From the NCBI RefSeq assembly GCF_001194135.2, contig NC_068994.1:12141930-12205929 (forward strand): a DNA stretch of 64,000 nucleotides, in the 5' to 3' direction. Positions within the stretch are counted from its first letter, which is position 1; every line of letters begins with the position of its first letter. Both the position numbers and the translations under genes were made by a program. The stretch is from Octopus bimaculoides. Lineage: Eukaryota. This document shows, in pieces, positions 1 through 12,663 of the stretch. The notes beneath the pieces were generated by a model, which saw nothing but the letters and a program-made list of their open reading frames with translations, did not search any database and was not told the origin of the DNA.

Positions 1-254
1 TGAATATAACAGAACGCTGAACTCCAGACTATCAACTTAAACAACATTTATTCAGGTGGTAAATATATACATCTTTAGCTCTTGTTGTTACAGCTTCTGT
101 GTGTGTGAGCATAGTTGTTGGGACGTTGTTATGTAGATGTAAGCGAGCTGTCGAGTGTAAGTCCGAAAGATGGAGAGTGACAGCTAAACACGTAAAGAGA
201 CTGTCTCCAGAGTTGGAATGTTGCACAGAGACACTGCTTGACACGTCCATGCTC

Positions 255-345
255 ATGGCCGGCCGACCGAGAAAGAGATAGAATTAAGCGGGAAAGCTTG
301 CTTGTTTAATTCCACGCATACGTGAGACTACGCATGCGCACGGCG
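255..345. promoter_or_regulatory. CpG-enriched promoter-like patch with NRF1-like motif
   Basis: CTACGCATGCGCA at 328-340 plus local CpG enrichment (ggccggccgaccg); the target gene is not identifiable in the window. Confidence 0.4.
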
Positions 346-639
346 TTACTACAAATGTATATCATTTTATAAGAATTTGCTGGCAAATTCTTAAATTAAC
401 ATAAACATTTATTTACGTGAAAGAAAATTACCAGAGAACTTTCTTGTAATTCTTCCAAATCTTTCTGCTAAAATTGTATTGAAACCATTTGTTTCATATT
501 TTTTTTTATCACAGACACATCTTTGCTTAATGATACTGAAAATAAAATATAACCAAGTAAAACTTATTCTGAAGCTCCAACTCATTAGTGTATCATTTCT
601 GTTGAGTACATTTGTCTTTAAAACAAAACAAAACAATAC

Positions 640-878
640 AGCACCAAGTGCTTCAACTGGTCGCACACCACAAGGCTCAGCGAAACCTAATGAAGCAAGC
701 CAGCACACTTGCAGCATTACCATAAGCGATGGTGAGGCTACGGCAAGTGGCCTCATGGGCACCACCTGACACCTCAGTGAGGCAAGTTACTAATGTTGAC
801 GAGAACTTCATGGTTAGTGGCCCAGTCCCTCTGAACATCTCAAATGCCACATGCTGGAAAAGATGGTTCACTGTCAGG
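640..878 (-). mobile_element. CRE-like (RLE-type) non-LTR retrotransposon 3' fragment
   Basis: HLFQHVAFEMFRGTGP..KF...L...LTEVSG...LTIAYGNAASVLAC resembles the C-terminal F.P.A.ET.G..G...RGNAASVL signature of RLE non-LTR elements as recalled. Confidence 0.65.
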
Positions 879-1984
879 TCCTAACCACTAGGCCATTGCG
901 TCCACACAGCATGATTACATTAAGTGGATTAATAAATATCAGACCCAGCTTTAGAAGTGTATTAATTTGAATCAGTTAAATACATTTTAAGTCTTTACTT
1001 TCATAATTTGCTTCATATTTTAATTGCATATTTATTTAAGCTGTCTCCAGAAAACGGGACACTTCTGGTCCAACAAAGATTACCGGTACATTATATTATA
1101 AAAAAAAACTAATTACATGGGATATTTTTTCAAGCGGTACAACTTCCTTTCTTACACCGTTATCTCTTTTGTTTTTCTAGTAAGGCAACTTCTCAGTTTA
1201 TCTAAAAACTACCTCGCTTTCCCCAACTTAATAACTTCTTTAAACCCATCACTAGGCCACACCAATGCTAGGGAAGAAATATAGTGGACTGAAGCGATTT
1301 CCAATATATTACTGGCTCTTAATTAACCAATTCCTGGTGCCCTACTATTAACTAACCCCCCTATTCTATATTCATTGTTTATTATGTCTTTGGAATTGGA
1401 AAAGAGAGCTTCGGATTAAATGACTTTAAGCTCGATCTCCTGCCCATTGTAGATCTTTATTGTCTATCCCCACGGAATAGATACAATTATACAAATACAC
1501 AACATTTAGTGTGGTTGATTCAATCGATTATATCAACGCCTTGTTATCTATTTTATATGTGTTTAATTCAGTTGAAAAGAATCAACTGGGAAATGGGTAA
1601 GTCGGATTTATTTTCCATAAGGTACAACTAATTTCACCGTTTGTCTTATTCACCTCATTCAATAGTTGTAAATTTGGTCGTTACAACAGAATTATAGTCG
1701 CCTAATCATTATATAAATATATCACCTAACAATATCATAATTTTCAACGACATTAGTAATTGTAATAATGACATGGTTCCAGTTTTAAGAATCGAGAATA
1801 AAAACAAAAACAAGGTAATACATTTTCTGCACTGATTCGTTTTATTCTGTTAATTATTGTAAATACTTTGTGTTTTTTTTTTAGACATGCTTGGCTAGAA
1901 AGAAACTGTTTTATAATGTGGCATAAATACATAACTTTAGTTCGACAAAAACCAATGTATGGATACATACATGTAAACTGTAGC

Positions 1985-2029
1985 ACATCTGTTTTTGTGT
2001 GTTTTATTGACGACGTTTGTCGTCCGAAG
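1985..2029 (+). other. Candidate non-coding 5' exon of the zinc-finger gene (start approximate)
   Basis: Consensus donor AAG|GTAAGA at 2029/2030 after a short CpG-containing stretch; it could pair with the acceptor at 4901; CCAAT at about 1952. Confidence 0.4.
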
Positions 2030-4924
2030 GTAAGAAACTCTGATCAACTATTTATGAAGGTTCAACTTCCAGTAAAACATCACATTATACGTTAAGCATT
2101 GAACACACTCCTTTCTCCTTGTTCGCTCTCAAATACTTGCATATATGAAGAACTACTGTGAGGTTAAATAACTGAAGTATGAAGAAAGCAGTTTACGAAC
2201 CAAAAGGAGTCGCTTTACGCTTTATCTCGTCCCAGTGTAAATAGCAATCAAAGTTTTTTCCATAATTACACCCTACTGTCTTAGACAAGCAAGAACTCAT
2301 TTGATAATATAGTTCTATAGGGACCATAACCTTATGAACAGACAGCTTGGACACCTAATCACAAATCTGCTCAACCTGATCGTATTTGGAACCTAACATA
2401 TCTGTTTAGTTTGGGTGTCATGATGTATTCGCTCGGTTCAATGTCTTCTTGCAAAGGAATTTGGTAAAAAAGGAATTGCGGTCTGACCGCTCCTTACACA
2501 ATTATAATTTACATTTTTCGCAGCCTGAGCATTGTCTACGTATGCATATGTGTGCACATACATATCTATTTATTTATTTAAAAAAATAACTTATGTAAAA
2601 ATGACTCGATACAGTCACAATATTTGAAGAAAACTTTTTATTAGTATATGTAGTGGTTTAAGCATCCATAACTCTTAAGAATAGGCACTCATGTTTGTCA
2701 ATAGTGGGTATATAGAAGTACAGATCCATTAGAACCGGTTCATAAGATCAGCTGACTTGGATCTGTAATACTGCATACTTTATATATTTGTATATATATA
2801 TCCTCAGTCAAATCGTCCAACCCATGCTAGCATGGAAAGCGGACGTTAAACGACGACGACAATACGTACAGACATATATATATATATATATACCACCTGA
2901 CTGGCCTTTGTAGGGTTTTCGAGCGAGATCGTTGCCAGTGCCCCTGGACTGGCTCTTGTGCGGATGGCACATAAAAGACACCATTTCGAGTGTGACCGTT
3001 TTCGTGCGGGTGACACGTAAAAGCACCCACTACACTCTCTGAGTGGTTGGCGTTAGGAAGGGCATCCAGCTGTAGAAACTCTGCCAAATTAGATTGGAGC
3101 CTGGTGTTGCCATCCGGTTTCACCAGTCCTCAGTCAAATCGTCCAACCCATGCTAGCATGGAAGGCGGACGTTAAACGATGATGATGATGATGATGACAC
3201 ACACACGCATACAGAAACAAAGCAATGAGAGTGTTCATAAAATATTTTATGAAAAACTCTCTACCTATTGTTTTCAGTCATTTGTTCAGCAGTCCCAGGG
3301 TTTATCTTCCAGAAAAGAGTGTGTTCCAGTCATTGTTGTCATTTCTCCATCTTTGCCTTTGTGCTCCAAATGTCATTTTCTGATCACTCAGCCTCTCTGA
3401 AGTTTTGACACAGAAATTCTGGACCTTGGTAACCTAACCAGAATATTGCTGTGCAAATATGAAATAAATTAATGTTAAGTTATGCAAGAGAAGTGAAAAA
3501 TTAATGCTTCTAACTCTCATCCTCTTTCAGAGACAGAGAAATGAAGGTCAATGATAGTAGAGTGTTGTTTAGGAGCAAATGAGACAAGGGGGTTGTGAAG
3601 TGGCAGGAGGGTGGGATAAGGAAAAGGATTTGTGTGTGTGTGTGTGTAGTGGGAAGTGGTATGAGTAGAAGAATATGGGGGAGTGAAGGGAGGTCAATTA
3701 GAGTAAATGAATATGTGATGTAATGTGAGAGGAGAGATAAAGAAGTGAGAAGACAAAAACAATTACAGGACTCACACATACATAGGTGCAAGAAGAAATA
3801 CAAGTACAAATGTACACGCGTATACACACACTCACACACGCACACAATGGCCACTTTTCCATGCTTGCATGGGTTGGACATAGTTCATGGAGACATTTTC
3901 TATGACTGAATGTCCTTCTTGTTGCTAACCCAATTAATAATTCTCCATGGCTGAACCTGTTTCCATAAAAGTTTGGCAACGAATGACACTACTTGTATGA
4001 TGATGATGTATTTGTGTGCATATGTGTATTCAGCATTGTAAGGAGATATTATGCTACATTGTGTATGTAGATATATATATATATATGTATATGTGTGAGT
4101 GTGTATACAAAAGTGTGCTGAAAAGTTCCTGGCTTTGAGTAAAAGGAAATACAAGAGTTATGATTTTATTCAATATATTCATCTCTCAGATTCATACACT
4201 TATTGCAATGGTCCTTCAGTTTGTCTAAGCCCTGTAAAAGAACTCGGAAGATTATACCTCCAACCAGGCCTTTTCTGATACCCTGAAAGCCAGGTACTTT
4301 TCAGAAGCCCCTCGTACATCTAAAATGTGTCTGTACATGTGGAGTTGTAAGTATACAGTCAACTACATATGTGGATATTCATATCCATAGATTGCATTTG
4401 TGATGTCTTCGATCAAGCAATTATTGTTAATTAGTTAGGTCCTCCTGTTCATAGTACATCAGGCTACCAGAGCCTTCCTGTCATCTCTCTCAAATACCAG
4501 GATCCAAGCTTCATCCCAGCTCTTGACATTACCTGTGAGATCTCTCACTACTGCCAGCCATTTCTTCTTCAGACACCTTCTCTTCTTGGGACCCTACAAA
4601 GATCACTGGATAATTGTCGTAGAAAAGAAAGATGTTTTCTTATATTTTATTTATCCTAGTATTCATTTTGTTAGGGAGGGGGGCCCAAAGTACCATACAG
4701 TAGGACTGAACCCAGAACTACATGGTTGCAAAGTGAGTTTCTTAACCACTTGAAATACTAATGATTTTTGTATTTTTGAAATAGTATTTTTTTTTTCCTT
4801 TAATACCAATTTGAAAATTTTGTTCCTCTTTGACATATTTTCTATTTTATATCCTTTTAGATATTAGTTCACTTCAAATCTTGTTTTAATTTCTCTTCCA
4901 GATTTTTAACTACATATTGTCACA

Positions 4925-5968
4925 ATGGAGAAAAGTAAGAAAGAAAGATCATTTCCTTGCAATGTATGTGGGAAGAACTTTGCACAGAATGGTTATTTAA
5001 AAGTGCACATGAGAATCCACACTGGAGAGAAACCGTACAAATGTGAGGTATGTGAAAAAGCCTTCACAAAGAGCAGTGACTTAATAACACACACTCGAAT
5101 TCACACAGGTGAGAAACCATACCAGTGCATTACCTGTGGTGAAACCTTCACACAAAATGGCAACCTACAGAGACATATCCGAACACACACGGGGGAGAAG
5201 TTGTTTCATTGCGACATATGTCAGCGGTCCTTCTGTGACAACAAGTACCTACAGCTCCACAGGAGATCTCACACTGATCCTGTCTTACGTTGCGAGATCT
5301 GCCATAAGAAACTCAAAACCATTGAAACAATGAAGAATCACATGCAGATTCACACTGGCGAAAAATCCTATCATTGCGAATATTGTGACAAGTCGTTTTG
5401 GTGTATTGCCAGTTTCCAAAAGCATTCTAAGATCCACAATGAAGACAATCCATACCGATGTGAGACTTGTGGTCATGTGTTCTCATCCGATAAATCTTTG
5501 CAAAGCCATATTCGTGTACACACAGGAGAGCGGCCCTTCCGTTGTGATCCTTGCGACAAGTATTTCACGACAGAAAGCAGACTACGAAAACACAACCGAA
5601 CCCACACCAGCGAATGGCCTTATATGTGCTTAATCTGCAACACGGAATTCACAGAGAAAGCTGATATTAAAGAGCACTTGACAACACATTCCGAGATAAA
5701 AGAGTTTGAATGCCAGGTGTGTGGTGCTCGATTTGCTTGGAGAGATCAGTTGAAACTTCACATTCGGACTCACACAGGTGAAAAGCCATTTCCCTGCAAA
5801 ATCTGTGGCAGATCATTTGCCCGAAAAGCAATTTTAAGTAACCACCTTATGACTCACACAGGTGAAAAACCCTTCTCTTGTTGGCTATGTTCAAAGGCTT
5901 TCTCTCGGAATAGCATGTTAAAACAACACATGAAGACACATACAGAGGAAGATCTTAAAAATTGCTAA
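4925..5968 (+). CDS. C2H2 zinc-finger protein, 347 aa, 12 tandem fingers, no recognisable effector domain; single coding exon
   Basis: ORF has 12 C-x2-C-x12-H-x3-H units, with canonical TGEKP(Y/F) linkers at both ends; polypyrimidine tract plus AG acceptor (ttctcttccag, 4891-4901) lies 23 nt upstream of the ATG. Confidence 0.95.
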   Translation: MEKSKKERSFPCNVCGKNFAQNGYLKVHMRIHTGEKPYKCEVCEKAFTKSSDLITHTRIHTGEKPYQCITCGETFTQNGNLQRHIRTHTGEKLFHCDICQRSFCDNKYLQLHRRSHTDPVLRCEICHKKLKTIETMKNHMQIHTGEKSYHCEYCDKSFWCIASFQKHSKIHNEDNPYRCETCGHVFSSDKSLQSHIRVHTGERPFRCDPCDKYFTTESRLRKHNRTHTSEWPYMCLICNTEFTEKADIKEHLTTHSEIKEFECQVCGARFAWRDQLKLHIRTHTGEKPFPCKICGRSFARKAILSNHLMTHTGEKPFSCWLCSKAFSRNSMLKQHMKTHTEEDLKNC

Positions 5969-8900
5969 AACAAACTTCCAAAGCGCCACCATAACTTAAC
6001 ATTAAAAAAAGTACTAAAAGATAGCATTCCCTCCAAACCTGAAACCTAACTTTCAGATTTGTTTTCTAATCAAACCACAAGGTCCTTTTATGAGAGCAAT
6101 GTTAAGTAACAGTATTGCTGCAAAATTAAAGTGTAAAATTAAATGCTATAATGTTTAGTCTTAGTTGGCTGAGTACAGCCAACCTGATAACAGCAACACT
6201 GTACATGTTTACTCTCTCATGTAAGCCTTAATGCATTTCATCTACCTTATTTCATTTAAATTTGCCACAAGGGCAGTAATGCATTTTATCTACCTGCTCT
6301 ACAATGTTTGATTTAAAAAAAAAGGTATATTTATAATGTATTATCTTAAAGTGGAACAAAAGTTTGTTGCGTCTCCATTTTTAATAGTCTAGAAAGTTCT
6401 GTCAAAGACGAACAGCAATGAAGTGATTGATAGCTTTATTTCTCACGAAAGCACCGACAAAAAACGTCATTACAAAAGACACGAAAGATTTACAAAGATG
6501 CTTTTTAATGATGACATTGATATCGTTATCATCGTTGTTTTAACATCCACATTTTCATGCTTGGATGGGTCTGATGAAATTCATTGAAGCAGACTTACTA
6601 CACTTAGATACCCTTGGCTGATGCCAACCTTTACCTATTTCCAAGCAAGGTAATATTTCCCCCATGACCTGGCATGTTTTCCATGGAAGACTAGAGACAA
6701 CATAATTTGTATGATGACGATGCTTGTTTCCAACCATTATGTGATGTCAAGACAATATAAAACACACATATACATGACAACCTTCTTTTTAATTTCCATT
6801 TACCAAATTAACTCGCACAAGGCTATAGTAGACGATATGTCCCCAAAGCGCTGTGCAGTGGGACTGAACCTGAAACCACATGGTTGGGAAGCGAGCTTTT
6901 TAATCACACAGCCATACTCCTCTGTTGTTAACAGTCATTATGAAAATGGTGTTTTACATAGGCACAAACCCAGCAAATTTTCTGGGGTGGTACAGTCAAT
7001 CAAGTATTTAACTCTTGTTTTATTAGAATGATAAGCAAAGTTGACTTCAGTGGGATTCGAACTCAGAAGAAAAAAAGATTGTTATTTAATACTGCAAATG
7101 TATTTTGTCTGCCACTAATAATTCTGCCAATACTCATGACTTTTTTTTTTTCACAAATACGAGAAGACTACAAATTTTTGTGGCGGGGATGTTGTCGGTT
7201 TAAACGACTGTAGTACTTGACTCTCATACATATATTATCAACCTCAGAAGATGTAGAGTAATCCAGGGGTTTGAACTCAAACCGCTAACGAACATTATCT
7301 AAAATACCTCAGAAAATTTTATCCAGCATTCTATTGAATCTGCCATCTACTTCTCCACTGATAATAATAATAATAATATCCTTAATTTTGTATTTGTTGT
7401 CTTCAAAACTTTTTGTTGTTGTAGTTTAACCAAAGGCCAACCTTGTTTGAGCAGACCTTTGATATAAGGCTTTCCAGCCATGACTATTCAATCATTTTTT
7501 TTCCAGACTAACATACACTCACAAAAACATACATACTCACACACACACACATGCATACACTTTATTTGTGGGTTAACAAGGCTACCATTGGTTTCATGCC
7601 AAGGATTCTTAGCTATTTTCAAGTCTGCCACATGGGACCTATATATTGCAAAGATATACTTGTTTGGCAAGTAATTAGATTTGAGTGCATGTTAAAACTA
7701 AGACAGTTACAATGCTGGAAACATATTAGCCATTCAAAAACATACAAAGGTAGTTAATTTCACTTAAACATTTATTATTTGGTGTCAAAGTTTCTGCTAA
7801 TATTTGTCTTCCACAATGTAATTGTCATGTACATATATGTATATATATACATATATGTATATATATATATATATATGTATATATATANNNNNNNNNNNNN
7901 NNNNNNNNNNNNNNNNNNNNNNNNNNNNNNNNNNNNNNNNNNNNNNNNNNNNNNNNNNNNNNNNNNNNNNNNNNNNNNNNNNNNNNNNNNNNNNNNNNNN
8001 NNNNNNNNNTATTACTCTCTTACTCTTTTACTTGTTTCAGTCATTTGACTGTGGCCATGCTGGAGCACTGCCTTTAGTCGAGCAAATCGACCCCAGGACT
8101 TATTCTTTGGATGCCCAGTACTTATTCTATCGGTCTCTTTTGCCGAACCGCTAAGTTATGGGGACGTAAACACACCACCATCGGTTGTCAAGCAATGTTG
8201 GGGGGACAAACACAGACACAAACACATACATACGTCTACCAAATCCACTCACAAGGCTTTTGTCGGCCCGAGGCCACAATAGAAGACACTTGCCCAAGGT
8301 GCCACACAGTGGGAATGAACCCGGAACCATGTGGTTGGTAAACAAGCTACCTACCACACAACCACTCCTACTATTCACAAAAATATAATAGGCAATGAAC
8401 CAGTGATTCATTGGATATTTTTATCCCTTAATGAGGCTATTTCAATCTCTATTTAAATTTATATATATATATCATCATCATTTAATGTCCACCTTCCATG
8501 CTGGCATGGGTGGGACATCATCAACACCATTATCATTTAGCATCTCTGTTTTCCATACTGGCATGGGTTGGACGGTTTGACAGGCCTGCTGAGAAGCTGT
8601 CCAGACTCCAATTGTCTGTTTTGGCATGGTTTATACAGCTGGATGCCCTTCCTAATGCCAAACACTTTACGGAGTGTGCTGGGTGCTTTTTACATGCAAC
8701 TGGCTGTTTGTTTATCATCTGTTTTTCTAGACTAGTATGAGTTAGATAAGTGCTTATTATTAATGTATTGTTTTACTACTGGATGCCCCTCCTGTTGCCA
8801 ACCTGTCTTTCAAATAAGGGATTCTTTTCTCTTTGTTCCACTTACTTTCAAAAGTTCAGAGTTATAGGGCAATTTGTGAACAGGAAATGTCAACATGTCA

Positions 8901-9779
8901 CCATTCTTTTTATTTAAATGGTTTTATACAAAAACATGGAATGTAAGCATTTACACACACACACACCACAATCATCACTCCATATGTACAACAAGCTCTG
9001 AACAGTTTTGTCTGCTGATTCCACTCACGAGGTACTGGGAAAATGTTTCCAGTAAGGATTGAGACTAAGTGCTAGTGTCTGGCCTAGAAGTGTAAAGAGA
9101 GATAAAGTCGTTATCATCAACCATTTTTAACAAGAGGGAGAACCAGGAAGACATAGGACGGCATACTGAAGGTTAATCTCAAGATACTGATTCTTATGAA
9201 GGAGATAAAGGGCTGATCTATCTGGCCCTTGCTGTACATAAGAAGACCTGTCTACCACAGCAGAATTAATACTGGTGCTGGTGCTGGTGCCATGTAATAA
9301 GCACTGGTGATGGTGCCACATAAAAACCACTGGTGGTGGTGGTGCCATGTAAAAAGCACTCAGTACACTCTGTTAAGTGGTTGGTGTTAGGAAGGGCATC
9401 TAGCCATAGAAACCAAGCCAAAACAGATGATGGAGCCTGGTGCAGCCCCAGTCTTACCAGCTCTGGTCAAACCGTCCAACCCATGCCAGCATGGAAAACG
9501 AAAGTTAGAAGATGACGATCATAATGATTTTCCATGCTTGTGTGGGTCAGATGGAGTTGATGGAGGCAGATTTTCTACAGCTCGATGCCCTTCCTGATAA
9601 CAGCTCTCACCTGTTATCAAGCAAGGTAATATTTCCTCCATGGCTAGAAATGTTTTTGTAGCATGTTGGAAATGATTTATATTCATTTACAACAATCATG
9701 TGATGTCAAAACAAGAAAACACATACACACACCCATACATATATACATGTGTGTGTGTATGTATATAAATATATATTTA

Positions 9780-10545
9780 CTAGATGTACCTGCCATGGCC
9801 CATTGGATCACAACCACTTGAAGTTGAAAAGTTGATGCACAGTGGATAATGAAAAACTACTATTTCGAACTTCATGCAATAAAATTCTTAAATGATAAAG
9901 TTCTGCCTTTGGTGTGACACCATAAACGCAACCAAGTGTTTCTTCTTTGAAAATGTTCAAATGGCCTTCAACATTTTTCCTTGTTTTCTTCTTTGCCATT
10001 CTTTTATTACTTCTGTTTTAAGTGGGTATTTTTAAGTTACTACTGTTTTAAGTGAGTACTTCAACATAATGTAATATTTTTGCAAAGTCATCATTGATGC
10101 ACAATCAAAAGAATTCTGTCAATGTTGTTCTCATATGTCATTCATTGACAGCCATATATATCCTCATTATTTCTGAGCAATATTCTTTGTTCATCTGGTA
10201 GATGAACATACAGTCTCACTATTGCAGGGGCTCTTTAATGCATTCAAAATCCTAAAATGGATGCAACTACTTCAGATGGTCCAATATACCTATCCATTAG
10301 ATATTGACTAATTTCGTTATCATTGTTTATTGGAGCAGCAGCTTGGTCATTTCCTTTCAGTGTGTACTTGATGATGTACTTCACTGATCTCACTGAGGCA
10401 ATGATTTCAACATTGCAGTGGCATTTGAATGCTCTTAAAAGAGTTTCATTATAAGGTGCAACCCATTTATTGTTGTTTGTTTTTCCATTATGAGATTCAA
10501 CTCCTCCCGTTGCAACTGATCTTTGTCTATAAAGAGATAGTCTGT
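9780..10545 (-). mobile_element. Internally deleted, decayed Helitron (Rep-region fragment plus probable 3' terminus)
   Basis: Minus-strand translation NKWVAPYN..LLRAFKCHCNVE...SVKYIIKYTLKGND..NEISQYLMDRYIGPSE...F*MH*RAPAIVRLYVHLPD, and downstream LGCVYGVTPKAELYHLRILLHEVR; ends in CTAG followed by T at 9780, with an imperfect palindrome just upstream. Confidence 0.85.
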
Positions 10546-12573
10546 TCTTCTGCCTTTTGATGAAGTTGGTAAAGATTAATATTTTATTTTAAATAAAATA
10601 GTAATCTTCCCCTTTAAGAAAAGAAAAAAACTCAAATACCCGTGATACAACAAATATCTCATAAAAATGTAGGTTAGAATTTTTATCTTTCAGTTCGTGG
10701 CAGTCTGTAAGTTGTTTAAATGATTAAGGGAAGAAAAAAACATGACATGGTGCTGCAAAATCTGAAAGGAAAAGCAGGGATCCAGTGGGAGAGAGGCAGA
10801 AAAGGCAACCCAGAGTCGAAAGCAGTTATCAATAGATTATATTCCATAGGGAGTGAAGGGCTGAAGTAAAGTTGACCACTGTAGGATTTAGCCTCAAAGT
10901 GCAGATAGCTGGGACGAATATCACAAGCTCACCTCACCTATCTCTTAGGAGCAGAAGCTGATATAGTATTGATAGAAAAGGTAGTGAAGACCAAGCAACA
11001 ATTTGCATACAACTTAATTTGACATAGTGTCAGATGGTTACTGTCTGTTTTTGGGGCCAGTCAGAAACGTTCTAGTATTCACCCAATATCACCTTTAGTG
11101 GTTTGCTTGTAGTGAGCTTGTCCTGGAGTACAGCAGAGACTAGAGAGTGCTAATGAAAGAACTATTCCAGTCAGTTGGCGGGAAAGCAGGTTAATGGATA
11201 CTAATTTGGGTGTTACTGTATTGTCTCCTTTCTTGGATGCTGTCCTTTGGGAGCATTACTGTATTGATTGTCTTCCCTAGGTTGCTTTCTATCTCTGACA
11301 GCAAACGTCAGTATTTTTGGATGCTGTTAGTGAATGTGAGATAGTCAGGAGAGATCAGTAACGATTATGAGGCCGTACATAAAAAAAAATACGCTCACAT
11401 ACATAAACATGGAAATAATGACAAGCATGTTGTTAAATAAGTAAATGTTAAATCAGCAACACCAAATAGGTAGTGCCTAAACATACCCTTCCTTGGTTTC
11501 ACCCATCAACTTCATGCAACTGATATTCTCCATGTTTCACATGCCTGAACCAGTGTAGTTGCTTCCTATTGGCACACTACATCTGATTCCTGTTCATCAT
11601 CATTTTAATATCTGCATTTCCATGCTCTCATGTGTCAGTCAGATCTTGTTGAGGTAGAGTTTCTATGATCGGATGACCTTCCTGTCGCTGACCCCCACCT
11701 GTTTCCAGTGGCCAGAAATGTCTTCTTGGAAGATTGAAAATGAAGGACACTGCTTACATGATGGGGATACTTACTTACAACTATCAAAGCAATGTGAAGG
11801 CAATGAGACAGTAACATACTCACATACACGTGTCTGTGTGTGTATGTATGTATCTATATATATACAAACACACACACACACATATATATATATTCCTTTA
11901 TTCTTTTACTTGTTTCAGCTTTGGTCGGCCCAAGGCTATAATAGAAGACACTTCTTTAAGGTGCCACACAGTGGGACTGAACCCAGATATATATATATAC
12001 ATACATGTAAACCTACATAGCAGTGGCTGCTTGCAGATAAAATTAGTTGGGGTGCTGTTTCAGAATTTTGTACTTTCAATGATGTGATAGTTTATTTTCA
12101 GAATAACATTGTAGTGTAGGTATGAGAGGCCAGATATAGCCAGGTTGAAGTAAAACAAGTAGAGTATTAGGGCCAGATATGCCTAGTTTAAAAGCTAAAG
12201 GTTTTAAGGCGGCAAAATGGCCGAATTGTTGGCATGCTGGACAAAATGCTTAGTGGCATCTCGTCCATCTTTACATTCCGAGTTCAAATTCTGCTGAGGT
12301 CGATTTTGCCTTTCAACCTTTTGGGGTCAATAAAATAAGTACTAATTGAGTACTGGGGCCAATGTAATCAACTTACCCGCTACCCTGAAATAGCTGGCCC
12401 CAAGCCAAAATTTGAAACCATCATTAATACAATTTATTGTGAGATTATCTGGTCGGTAATGGCAGCACAAATGGTAACACAATGAGCAACAATTTCACTG
12501 ATTAATGACCCAAGTTCAAATCCTCAACATTGTATTTTATTCCACTGTTGGTCTGTCAGGAAAGATTTGTAGT

Positions 12574-12663
12574 GGCGCGAAATTATGGCCACCATTAAGG
12601 AAGTACAATCTACGCATGCGCAAGGGATTTGCCTTCCCGGAAGCCCCTCGAGTGCGCATGCAT
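12574..12663. promoter_or_regulatory. Cluster of housekeeping-promoter motifs (E2F, NRF1-like x2, STAT/ETS)
   Basis: GGCGCGAAA 12574-12582, CTACGCATGCGCA 12610-12622, TTCCCGGAAG 12634-12643, TGCGCATGCAT 12653-12663. Confidence 0.5.

Noticed and set aside
32-256. 74-aa minus-strand ORF as the first exon of an upstream gene
   Set aside because: No recognisable homology and no convincing minus-strand donor; only the adjacent promoter-like patch was kept
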